A stretch of 64,000 nucleotides of DNA from Colwellia sp. (GCA_026196955.1 JAPHTO010000060.1:18425-82424), one strand, 5' to 3'; positions 31,644 to 40,253 are shown, counted from the first letter of the stretch. The notes: a model not told the origin generated them from the sequence alone. A program made the numbers and translations.

Positions 31644-32075
31644 GATCTTTTAACCCGATTTGTAAGTACTGATATCATACCTAATAAATATATACTTATG
31701 TATTAAAAGTTATAAACATTTATAGCCGATCAGTGTTAGTCAATATGGTCTTGTTTGTAGATTTTGTCGCTAAAATAATGAAATCCATTTTGCTTGGAAT
31801 TTAACCCTTTTTCCCGAACCATATACACAAAAGAGAAAATGGCAGAGCGAGTTAACTGCAATAATTGCTCTAAATGATCAATAAAATCAGCCTCTTTAAT
31901 AAACGTAATATCATCTTCCGCACAGGATACGCACAGGAATAGGATATGAATTTGGTGTTTTATCTAAAAATTAGAGTACAAAAAAGTTGAATTAAATAAA
32001 GGGGAAAATAACTAAGAACTGCGCGGCTATTGACCTGATAGAATATTTAAGAAATTTTTTGAGGGAGTATAAGAG

Positions 32076-32152
32076 TGGGGTGGCTAATGGGACTTGAACC
32101 CACGACAACCGGAATCACAATCCGGGGCTCTACCAACTGAGCTATAGCCACC
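32076..32152 (-). tRNA. hisT-tRNA: tRNA-His (anticodon GTG), intact, with G-1 and encoded CCA
   Basis: The reverse complement reads GGTGGCTATAGCTCAGTTGGTAGAGCCCCGGATTGTGATTCCGGTTGTCGTGGGTTCAAGTCCCATTAGCCACCCCA, nearly identical to E. coli tRNA-His. The anticodon loop is TTGTGAT. Confidence 0.95.
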
Positions 32153-32191
32153 ACAGAGTTTACTTAGAGCGCCTATTGATAAGGCGCGGAG

Positions 32192-32221
32192 AGTATATTG
32201 CATTTATGCGTATTTTGACAA
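32192..32221 (-). promoter_or_regulatory. Candidate sigma70 promoter of tRNA-His
   Basis: On the minus strand: TTGTCA (32221-32216), an 18-nt spacer, TATACT (32197-32192), then the GC-rich discriminator CTCCGCGCC. This sits ~35 nt upstream of the tRNA 5' end. Confidence 0.45.
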
Positions 32222-32284
32222 GAAAAATCTTCCCTTTTGGTTGTATTTATACGCTGTTGTTTCTGTTTTACAAAATTTGTGCAG

Positions 32285-33184
32285 CTAATCTGCAACGCCA
32301 GCTATATTTTCATCTAAAAAGTCTAAGAAGACACGCGTTTTAGGGGAAACAAGATCTCGCTTTAAGTAAATGGCATAGGTAGCACTGAGTTCTTCATATG
32401 GACTAAAGACATGCTCAGGCATAACTTGGCTTATCGAACCATTTTCTAACTCCTTTTTAATAGCCCAAAAAGGCATTAATGCCAGTCCCGCATCATTTAA
32501 TACTAGCTGTTTTTGACCATTTACCGAGTTAACTGAAATACTTTTATTAATGGTTAGTTTTATTCTTTCTTCAGCCATTAAAAACCAATCTTTCCAACGG
32601 GAATAACTGTATTGAATACATTGATGGTCTATTAAGTCTTCTGGGTTAAGAGGTGTACCTTTGCTAGCTAAATATTGTGGGCTAGCACACAATAAAAAAT
32701 TATTATAAGCCAATCGTTTTGCAATCATAGATGAATCAGGTAATCGACCACTGCGAACCGCCACATCAATATTTTCTTCAACAAGATCAACAACACGCTC
32801 AGTTAACTCAACTCTAACATCAATATCTGGGTACAATGTCATAAACTTGGAAATAAGTGGTAGCACAACACTTTCGCCAAACCCTACAGTCATGCTTATT
32901 TTTAGCGTACCTCTTGGCCTTTCTTGCAAGTCATTAACGACTCTTTTAGCTTCATCAAACTCAGATACAATACGCTGAGAAAACTCATAATATTTATGCC
33001 CTGCTTCTGTTAATCCGGTATTTCTGGTGGTTTTATTCAAAAGACGAACACCAAGCTCCTGTTCAAGAACCGCTAATTGCCTAGAAATAGAAGAAGGCTG
33101 CACATCAAATATTCTACTGGCTTCAGAGATGCTACCCGTCTCTACCACGCAGTTGAAATACAATAACCGATTCAACGAACTCAT
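32285..33184 (-). CDS. LysR-family transcriptional regulator
   Basis: HTH LNRLLYFNCVVETGSISEASRIFDVQPSSISRQLAVLE. It is transcribed divergently from the oxidoreductase gene. Confidence 0.9.
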   Translation of the reverse strand: MSSLNRLLYFNCVVETGSISEASRIFDVQPSSISRQLAVLEQELGVRLLNKTTRNTGLTEAGHKYYEFSQRIVSEFDEAKRVVNDLQERPRGTLKISMTVGFGESVVLPLISKFMTLYPDIDVRVELTERVVDLVEENIDVAVRSGRLPDSSMIAKRLAYNNFLLCASPQYLASKGTPLNPEDLIDHQCIQYSYSRWKDWFLMAEERIKLTINKSISVNSVNGQKQLVLNDAGLALMPFWAIKKELENGSISQVMPEHVFSPYEELSATYAIYLKRDLVSPKTRVFLDFLDENIAGVAD

Positions 33185-33362
33185 TTTTCTCTCCTATGTA
33201 ACCTTATTATTACCTGAACTTATACTTTCACCACATTGACCAGTATTGTCCAAAAGACAAATGTTATTTGCCTGTTAGGTGGTTGGTTGCTCTATTAGCA
33301 AGAGATAGAATAGCTTCACTAAAACAAACTATCAAATCAACAAACAAATAAAGAGTAATATT

Positions 33363-34340
33363 ATGAAAGCAATGATCATTAAAGAAATAGGCAGTAGTGA
33401 AGTTTTCCAAATGTCTGAAAAAGTGAAGCCAGTAGCTAAACCTGGCCATATGGTTGTAGCTGTAAAAGCAACGAGTGTAAATCCTATTGATACTATGCTT
33501 CGCTCAGTTGAATTGCCTTGGTCAGAAAACTTACCAGAGATACTACACGGTGATGTTGCAGGCATTGTTATCGAAGTTGGTGCAGGTGTGGCTGATTTTA
33601 AGGTTGGTGACGAAGTCTACGGAATGGCTGGTGGTATTAACGGTACTGATGGTGCGTTGGCTGAATTTATGTTGGTTGATGCACGATTAATGGCTCTAAA
33701 ACCGAAAACATTATCGATGAAACAAGCCGCAGCCCTACCGTTAGTTGCCATTACTTCCTATGAAGCGCTTGTTGAAAAAATGAATGTTAAGGCCGGTGAT
33801 AATGTGCTTATTCATGGCGCTGTTGGAGGAGTTGGCCACATCGCTGTTCAGTTAGCAAAAGTGCTTGGCGCAAATGTAACCTCAACTTACTCTCCAGCTA
33901 ATGAAGCATTAGCTAAAACAGTAGGTGCGGATAATTTAGTTGATTACACCACAGAGTCTGTTTCTGATTACGTACAGTCATATACTGGCGGTGCTGGCTT
34001 TGACAAAATCTTTGATACCGTTGCAGGTGATAATATTGAAAAGTCATTTGAAGCAGCTAAATTCAATGGTCATGTAGCCACAATATTACCAATTTCTGAT
34101 CCACTACAAGTTGCACTTAAGGGGTTATCTTTTCACAGTGTTCTAATGCTTATTCCATTATGTCACGGCGTTAACCATGAATCACATGGCCGTATTCTTA
34201 CAGAGATTGCAGCGCTGGTTGATGCTGGTAAAATTACTCCAATTATTGACCAAAGTGATTATTCAATATGGGAAGTAGCTAAAGCGCATGATTTACTCGC
34301 GTCAGGTAAAGCGGTAGGCAAAATCACCTTAACAGTTTAG
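33363..34340 (+). CDS. Zinc-type alcohol dehydrogenase / NADPH:quinone oxidoreductase (MDR superfamily)
   Basis: 325 aa, GroES-like N-domain (FKVGDEVYG), and Rossmann motif GAVGGVGHIAVQLAK. Confidence 0.9.
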   Translation: MKAMIIKEIGSSEVFQMSEKVKPVAKPGHMVVAVKATSVNPIDTMLRSVELPWSENLPEILHGDVAGIVIEVGAGVADFKVGDEVYGMAGGINGTDGALAEFMLVDARLMALKPKTLSMKQAAALPLVAITSYEALVEKMNVKAGDNVLIHGAVGGVGHIAVQLAKVLGANVTSTYSPANEALAKTVGADNLVDYTTESVSDYVQSYTGGAGFDKIFDTVAGDNIEKSFEAAKFNGHVATILPISDPLQVALKGLSFHSVLMLIPLCHGVNHESHGRILTEIAALVDAGKITPIIDQSDYSIWEVAKAHDLLASGKAVGKITLTV

Positions 34341-34381
34341 GTTTTACAAAGACTGACAGGTTCTGAAATCGGGTTATTAGT

Positions 34382-34466
34382 ATCACAATCCGAGATTATA
34401 ACAACTGAGCTATAGTCACACTAAATTTACTGTAGCGTCACATGATGAAGTGCTGAGAGTATATTT
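34382..34466 (-). pseudogene. Decayed copy of the tRNA-His 5' half plus its promoter region
   Basis: ATCACAATCCGAGATTATAACAACTGAGCTATAGTCACACTAAATTTACTGTAGCG...GAGAGTATATT aligns with 32115-32199, roughly four-fifths identical by eye. The D-stem and acceptor are broken. Confidence 0.55.
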
Positions 34467-34645
34467 CATCTAGTGAAAATAGCTTACCATCTAACCCTCA
34501 CAAGTAATAAACTTAACGCCGTCAATTTCAAATTCAGTTTCTTCATCCTCAAAATTTTATCATTTTATTTTGAGCGTCGTTTTTAACAAAATTCTCCACT
34601 TTTTGTTAAAATCAATAGACAAGCTATTACAACAGGGTTTTCACT

Positions 34646-35176
34646 ATGTCTTTAGAATCAATTACAGCGCAAATAAAAGCACAAGGTGAAAAAATTCCAC
34701 CGGTGGAGTTATGGGATCCTGATTATTGTGGCGAGATGGATCTAACCATAAAAGCCAATGGCGACTGGTTTTATGCAGGCACAATTTTTAAACGACCTGC
34801 GCTAGTTAAACTACTATCTTCAGTACTAAAAAAAGAAGGTGATGAGTTCTTTTTAGTCACTCCCGTTGAAAAAATTAAAATCACCGTTGATGATGCGCCT
34901 TTTGTGTTGACTCAATGGTCTTGGCAAGATGATAACCAAACCATGATGCTTGTTAGTAATAACGTTGGTGATAAATTTACCTTAGATGCTAATCATCCAA
35001 TTATCATCAATGAAGCTGGAGAGCTATACGTCACTGTACGCCGCAATTTACTAGCGAAAGTGCACCGCAATATATATTACCAATGGATAGATTTGGCGAA
35101 GGAAGTAACGACTAAAAAAGGCACTGAATTAATCTTTACCAGTGCCGATTGTCATTTTTCTTTGGGGGTTATTTAA
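34646..35176 (+). CDS. DUF1285-family protein
   Basis: 176 aa; the pattern LWDPDYCGEMDLTIKANGDWFYAGTIFKRPALVKLLSSVLKKEGDEFFLVTPVEK matches my recollection of DUF1285. Confidence 0.6.
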   Translation: MSLESITAQIKAQGEKIPPVELWDPDYCGEMDLTIKANGDWFYAGTIFKRPALVKLLSSVLKKEGDEFFLVTPVEKIKITVDDAPFVLTQWSWQDDNQTMMLVSNNVGDKFTLDANHPIIINEAGELYVTVRRNLLAKVHRNIYYQWIDLAKEVTTKKGTELIFTSADCHFSLGVI

Positions 35177-35236
35177 AAGGCGCTTTGGCAAGCAGTGATC
35201 TTAGCTCATAGTAAGGTACTGCTTGTCAGTATGTTA

Positions 35237-36607
35237 TTAAATAACGCGAGAGAAACGCTGTTGATTAACATGCTTTTTCATATAGGCATCAAAACTCATA
35301 CAAATAATACGAATCAGTAGACGCGCTTTTTGATCAACTCTTATAAACGTAGCGGCATTTTCAACTAAACCATCATCGATGAAAGTATCTAATAACGGTA
35401 AGTCCTCAACAAAATACTCATCAAAGTTAATACCATATTTTTCATTGATCGCTTCTTTATCTAGATAGAGGTTACACATTAGCTCACGAATGACTTCACC
35501 ACGTAAAATATCATCATCATTTAAGCTAACACCACGCTCAAGTGCATGCTGTTGATTGTCTATCGCTTCATAATAGCTTTTCAAATCTTTAATGTTTTGA
35601 CCAAATGAGCGACCAATGCTACTAATTGACGAAACACCAAGCCCCAATAAATCACAACCGCCTTTGGTGGTATAGCCTTGGAAATTACGGTGTAGGGTGC
35701 CATTATTTTGGGCAATTGACAGCTCATCATTAGGTTTTGCAAAATGATCCATGCCGATAAACTCATAACCATAATCACACAGGGTTTCTATCGATAATTT
35801 CATTAATGCAAATTTTTGCTTTACGTCTGGTAGCCATTCATCACGCAGTTTACGTTGAGCAGCAAACCTGCTCGGTAAATGAGCATAGCTAAACAATGAA
35901 ATACGATCGACATCCCACTCATGCGCTTTGTCTAAGGTTTTTTTGAAATTCTCTAGCGTTTGATGCGGTAATCCGTAAATCAAATCAATATTAATCGACT
36001 GAAAGCCTACCGCTTTAGCATGACCTATAAAGTCACCAATAAATTGAGTAGATTGCACGCGGTTAATGGCTTCTTGCACTTTCAAGTCTAAATCTTGTAC
36101 ACCTAAACTTAAACGATTAAACCCTAGAGAAAACAAATGCTCTGCGAGATCCATTTCTATTTCACGTGGATCAATTTCAATACTCATTTCTAGATCATCA
36201 GAGAAATCAAATTTTTCTTTTAGCAATTCTACTAATGTGGTGATTTGTTGATGCGTTAAAAAGCTTGGTGTGCCACCACCCCAATGCAATTGCTTCACTT
36301 TATATTCAGTAAATAATGGCGCTTGCAAGGCAATTTCTTGTGCTAAATATTCAAGGTAGGTATCTGCTTTGTCACGATGACGCGTGATAACTTTATTACA
36401 GCCACAGTAATAACAAAGGGTGTGGCAAAAAGGGATATGAACATACAAGGATAATTCACGATTAGCAGAGTCGTTCACCGCCTGAATAAAATCATTATGG
36501 GTAAAATCGTCATGAAACTCTAGTGCGGTTGGATACGAGGTGTACCTTGGCCCACTAGTGTTATATTTACTGAGTAATTGAGGATCGAAAAATTGACTAA
36601 CTTGCAT
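35237..36607 (-). CDS. hemN: Oxygen-independent coproporphyrinogen III oxidase (radical SAM)
   Basis: 456 aa, CxxxCxxC cluster motif (PFCHTLCYYCGC), and yihI-hemN synteny as in E. coli. Confidence 0.95.
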   Translation of the reverse strand: MQVSQFFDPQLLSKYNTSGPRYTSYPTALEFHDDFTHNDFIQAVNDSANRELSLYVHIPFCHTLCYYCGCNKVITRHRDKADTYLEYLAQEIALQAPLFTEYKVKQLHWGGGTPSFLTHQQITTLVELLKEKFDFSDDLEMSIEIDPREIEMDLAEHLFSLGFNRLSLGVQDLDLKVQEAINRVQSTQFIGDFIGHAKAVGFQSINIDLIYGLPHQTLENFKKTLDKAHEWDVDRISLFSYAHLPSRFAAQRKLRDEWLPDVKQKFALMKLSIETLCDYGYEFIGMDHFAKPNDELSIAQNNGTLHRNFQGYTTKGGCDLLGLGVSSISSIGRSFGQNIKDLKSYYEAIDNQQHALERGVSLNDDDILRGEVIRELMCNLYLDKEAINEKYGINFDEYFVEDLPLLDTFIDDGLVENAATFIRVDQKARLLIRIICMSFDAYMKKHVNQQRFSRVI

Positions 36608-36639
36608 GATTTTTACCGCTGATTTTACAATTGCTCGGT

Positions 36640-36680
36640 ATTATACACCATTATCGCAATTGGGTATTGATCAAACTCAA
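36640..36680 (-). promoter_or_regulatory. Candidate class II FNR-dependent promoter of hemN
   Basis: TTGAT-N4-CTCAA (36667-36680) matches 9 of 10 positions of the FNR consensus. It is centred ~30 nt upstream of a perfect TATAAT (36645-36640, minus strand), i.e. about -41 from the expected start. Confidence 0.5.
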
Positions 36681-36712
36681 GCTCGTTAGTCATTCTTTAA
36701 AGGTGACTTAGG

Positions 36713-37024
36713 TTATTCAGCACATTGAATGCATTTTTCAGCCGCAGGTTGTACTTGTAGACGCTGTTGGCCAATTTCATCACCGCAAGCTTGGCAGATG
36801 CCATAGTTACCATTTTCCATTCGTGTGATGGCATTTGATAAATGCTGTATTTCAATTTTTGCTTCTGATTCAAGCGCATTGAGTACTTCGTCATTTTCAC
36901 GCTCGCCCGCCTGCTCTGCCCAATCAGCATCTCTGCCGCCAGCAAAATCTTTATGAATTGAGCTAATACGGTTTTGTAGTTCAATAATACGTTGGGTGAA
37001 TTGTGATTTTAATTGCTCAGTCAT
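36713..37024 (-). CDS. DksA/TraR-family C4 zinc-finger protein
   Basis: 103 aa, coiled-coil N-terminal part, and C-terminal CQACGDEIGQQRLQVQPAAEKCIQC. Confidence 0.85.
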   Translation of the reverse strand: MTEQLKSQFTQRIIELQNRISSIHKDFAGGRDADWAEQAGERENDEVLNALESEAKIEIQHLSNAITRMENGNYGICQACGDEIGQQRLQVQPAAEKCIQCAE

Positions 37025-37081
37025 AACTGTTACCTCAAAAACAAAATGTCATTCCAAGTAATAATTTAACCCCAGAATGAA

Positions 37082-37576
37082 CTAGGAAGATTGACTCAGT
37101 ATACTCATTCTTTCCGTAGTATATTGTTGAAGTAGATCAAGATCTGACACTATTTCTTGATGTAATTCTGCAACTAAGGTCATACGTTGATAATCTTCTT
37201 TCATTCGTTGCTTTTTCTGTAATTTCTTTCGCTCTTCTAGAATCGCTAAATGTTTTATCTCATTGTATAACTTAAATATAGCAGGAAATTGCTGATCTAG
37301 CTCACTGCTGGTTTTAAGCGAATCAAGCAGCACTGATAATCGCCAACATCCTTCATCAAACTCACACTGCTCTTCTTTCATAGCGCGCGTTATTAATAAA
37401 ACACTCGACAATACCTTATGGTCGTGTTGCGCAAGGGCTTTTTGATGTGCTAATTCAGCTTGTTGTTGTCGTTGCTTTTGCTGCGCAAGTTGACGCAATA
37501 AACTGCCAGCATAAAAGGCTAATACCGCGATAATAACAACGCCTAATATTAGGGCATAAAACCAATAATCAGTCAT
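37082..37576 (-). CDS. Membrane-anchored hypothetical protein (DUF2489-like)
   Basis: N-terminal TM helix and a Q-rich helix. Conserved position next to yihI. The family assignment is from memory only. Confidence 0.5.
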   Translation of the reverse strand: MTDYWFYALILGVVIIAVLAFYAGSLLRQLAQQKQRQQQAELAHQKALAQHDHKVLSSVLLITRAMKEEQCEFDEGCWRLSVLLDSLKTSSELDQQFPAIFKLYNEIKHLAILEERKKLQKKQRMKEDYQRMTLVAELHQEIVSDLDLLQQYTTERMSILSQSS

Positions 37577-37585
37577 GACAAAGCC

Positions 37586-38164
37586 TTACTCAAACTGAGA
37601 GAAATCGTCGCTAGCATTATCTAGCTTATCCCATAAATCATCTTCAGAGTTCTTACTCGCTGCCTGTTTGACCTCTTCGCTATCATCTTCATCTAAGCCT
37701 AATTGCTCAGTTAATACTTGATGACGCTCCATCATGTCATTAAAGTAATCCACTTCCTGCTCTGTTAGGGCAATATCTTGCTCTTGCTTGGCTAATATGG
37801 CTTGTAGCTTATCGTCTGATTCGATGGCGGCAAGCTCTTGGGCGAGATCTTGCTCAGGCTCAACATAACGAATAGCAGCAATGGCATCTTGACCTGATTT
37901 AGACGGCTTTTTAGCGCGCTGCTGAGGAGCTTTTGCCTCACCACCAAGTGCTATCGGGGTTTTACTACCGATACGAGGATCTTTCTTTTGCTGGTTTACT
38001 GTTGCTGTATTTTTATTAAGTTGTGCTTCTTGCTGACGATTACCCGGTTTTTTGCCAGTTTTCTTGCGCGCACGCTTGTCAACATTAGCTAATGCTTCTT
38101 TGCTTAACTTGGGTTTTGCTTTCGGTGCTGTCGCAGGTTTTCTAGATTTTTTAGTACGAGACAT
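37586..38164 (-). CDS. yihI: Der GTPase-activating protein YihI
   Basis: Basic N-terminus (MSRTKKSRKP...), acidic C-terminus, ~190 aa, adjacent to hemN as in E. coli. Confidence 0.8.
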   Translation of the reverse strand: MSRTKKSRKPATAPKAKPKLSKEALANVDKRARKKTGKKPGNRQQEAQLNKNTATVNQQKKDPRIGSKTPIALGGEAKAPQQRAKKPSKSGQDAIAAIRYVEPEQDLAQELAAIESDDKLQAILAKQEQDIALTEQEVDYFNDMMERHQVLTEQLGLDEDDSEEVKQAASKNSEDDLWDKLDNASDDFSQFE

Positions 38165-38309
38165 GAATTTGATACTTTTTAGCGATTAATGGCGCTATTT
38201 TACGCCATTAAACACTAAAAAGTAATGAAAGATTTAATTACCCGTCAATCGTTAACCGTTTATAAATTAACCTTCCTCTTTCTACTGGTAACTAAATATT
38301 CGTGAGAGT

Positions 38310-38888
38310 TTAGTCTTGCTCATGCAACCAAGCAGCGTGACGGGGAGCACGCTTGGTTTTTGACCATTCTTCAATCATTTCGGGGCCAACTTCATTAAGC
38401 TGTTTGTATTGCTCTGGCGTGCCTGTATTCGCGGCTAACTCTAAACGATGGCCATTGGGATCGAAAAAGTAAATCGATTTAAAAACACCATGATTAACGG
38501 GTCCCAAAACATCGACACCTTTGCTTTCTAGCTCTTCTTTTGCTGAGATTAATGCCTCAACACTGCCAACACGCAACGCTAAATGTTGAACCCATGCAGG
38601 CGTATTTTCATCACGCCCCATATCTGGGGAATTTGGAATTTCAAAAAAAGCTAAAACATTCTCATTGCCTGCATCAAGAAAAATATGCATGTAAGGATCC
38701 GGCGCTTTAGTCGAAGGCACTTCGTTTTCTGCAATCGCCAACACTAAGTCCATGTTTAGCTTGTCTTTATACCAATCGGTTGTTTCTTTCGCATCTTTAC
38801 AACGATAGGCAACGTGGTGAATTTTCTCTATATTTATCATGTTCAGAACATCTCTTACTTTATTAGTAGATGCACTAATTTTAATCAT
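38310..38888 (-). CDS. VOC-family (glyoxalase/dioxygenase) protein; start may be Met17 (38840)
   Basis: IEKIHHVAYRCKDAKETTDWYKDKLNM ... HLALRV ... NGHRLEL: the paired beta-alpha-beta-beta-beta modules with metal-binding His/Glu typical of VOC proteins. Confidence 0.75.
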   Translation of the reverse strand: MIKISASTNKVRDVLNMINIEKIHHVAYRCKDAKETTDWYKDKLNMDLVLAIAENEVPSTKAPDPYMHIFLDAGNENVLAFFEIPNSPDMGRDENTPAWVQHLALRVGSVEALISAKEELESKGVDVLGPVNHGVFKSIYFFDPNGHRLELAANTGTPEQYKQLNEVGPEMIEEWSKTKRAPRHAAWLHEQD

Positions 38889-39048
38889 ACCTTAGCCAAG
38901 TTCACTAATTTTAGCGCCATTTAAGCCCTTAACTAACGTCAGCAAATCACTACGGCGGATTGTATAGATATTTTTACAGCCCTTCGACTGCTTTGCGCTC
39001 AGGACAAGCGGTACAAGTGCCTACCATCCTGAGTTTATCGGGAAGTGT

Positions 39049-39909
39049 TTATGCCAGTATGACGGTTTTATCGCCATTGAGGCAGACGCGCTGCTCAGCA
39101 TGCAAACGCACAGCATGACTTAGGGCTGTCGCCTCGAGATCATGACCCATATGCACCATATGCTCTATGGTAAACGTATGATTAATAGGCTTAACTTCTT
39201 GTACGATAATAGGCCCTTCATCAAGGTTGGCTGTCACATAATGGGCGGTAGCACCGATAACCTTAACACCACGAGCGTGTGCTTGGTGATAAGGGCGAGC
39301 ACCTTTAAAACTCGGTAAGAAAGAGTGATGAATATTGATAGCACGACCAGCAAGTTGCTGACATAAATCATCAGATAAAATTTGCATATAACGAGCAAGC
39401 ACTAATAAATCGGCGTCTGTTTCTTGCATTAAGTCAATAATCTGCGCTTCTTGCTGTGCTTTAGTCTCAGCGGTTATCGGTAAATAATGAAATGGCACAC
39501 CATGCCAATCAGCAAGAGCTTGGCAATCGTGATGATTTGACATAACAGCAACCACATTAATAGGAAGTACACCCGATTTCCATTTAGTTAGCAGCGACAC
39601 GAGGCAGTGGTCATCCTTTGATACCGCAATAACAACATTAGGTACATCTTCTTTGTTTCGTAACTGATAGGTCATATTCAGTGGCGTAGCCAATTCGTTT
39701 AGCGCTTCAATAAACTCGCTTGCAGACACAGTTAAATTTCGATCGTCAAAGGCAATACGAGAGAAAAACGTTTCGGTATAGGGATCACTATATTGAGAAG
39801 TTTCCGTTATAAAGGCGCCATGTTCAAATAGACTTTGCGAGACTTTTGCTAAAACGCCAGTGTTGTCAGGACATTGCCAAGTAAGAATATAGTGGTTAGG
39901 TGTGGTCAT
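39049..39909 (-). CDS. purU: Formyltetrahydrofolate deformylase
   Basis: 286 aa with an N-terminal ACT domain and a formyltransferase core (INIHHSFLPSFKGARPY). Confidence 0.95.
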   Translation of the reverse strand: MTTPNHYILTWQCPDNTGVLAKVSQSLFEHGAFITETSQYSDPYTETFFSRIAFDDRNLTVSASEFIEALNELATPLNMTYQLRNKEDVPNVVIAVSKDDHCLVSLLTKWKSGVLPINVVAVMSNHHDCQALADWHGVPFHYLPITAETKAQQEAQIIDLMQETDADLLVLARYMQILSDDLCQQLAGRAINIHHSFLPSFKGARPYHQAHARGVKVIGATAHYVTANLDEGPIIVQEVKPINHTFTIEHMVHMGHDLEATALSHAVRLHAEQRVCLNGDKTVILA

Positions 39910-40022
39910 GATATTTTATTCAAAGGATAACGATATTGCATCATTGGCTATTTTTACAAACAATGCCAGTGTTTTGATAGCTTTAATAGCTATAAAGGTT
40001 GAATATCAGCTATAAATCGAAG

Positions 40023-40253
40023 TTAGTTTTGAGAAATTTTATGCTTATTTTTGATATAAAGTTGCTCAACCTTCTCTCGTGCCCAAGGCGTTTTTCGTAA
40101 AAATTTCAAACTAGATTTAATGCTCGGATCTTTGGTAAAACAATTTATGTTGATCTGCTTGCCTAAGGTTTCAAAACCAAAGTAAGCCTCCAATTCAGTT
40201 ACCATTGTTTTTAGCGTAATACCATGCAGTGGATTATAAGGTTGATTGTCCAT
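40023..40253 (-). CDS. VF530/DUF2132-like small protein
   Basis: From Met30: [66 protein letters not shown]. The tracked N-terminal extension is hydrophobic junk. Confidence 0.6.
   Translation of the reverse strand: MDNQPYNPLHGITLKTMVTELEAYFGFETLGKQININCFTKDPSIKSSLKFLRKTPWAREKVEQLYIKNKHKISQN

Larger units (their letters stand above)
27918..32075. mobile_element. tRNA-proximal integrase-less, att-flanked cassette (islet Y) whose only intact genes are the AAA+ ATPase and the S8 peptidase
   Basis: It is bounded by the intact tRNA-His and the 27918 copy. The ~155-nt arm 31919-32075 is homologous to 27773-27917, and the left end is homologous to 23556-23607. Confidence 0.55.

Noticed and set aside
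33264-33565. Two minus-strand ORFs (61 and 77 aa) in the LysR/oxidoreductase divergent region.
   Set aside because: They overlap the 5' end of the well-supported oxidoreductase gene and the promoter region. No motifs, so they are probably spurious.
23556-34381. Search for an integrase, excisionase, transposase or IS element that would explain the tRNA-His repeats.
   Set aside because: No ORF in the track, and no unlisted frame that I translated, shows tyrosine recombinase motifs (R..HxxR..Y), serine recombinase motifs or DDE motifs. Absence is reported as a finding rather than forcing a call.
36697-36984. 95-aa ORF in an alternative frame of the DksA/TraR-like gene.
   Set aside because: The 36713-37024 frame carries the C4 zinc-finger motif. 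The other frame has no motif and a shadow-frame-like composition.
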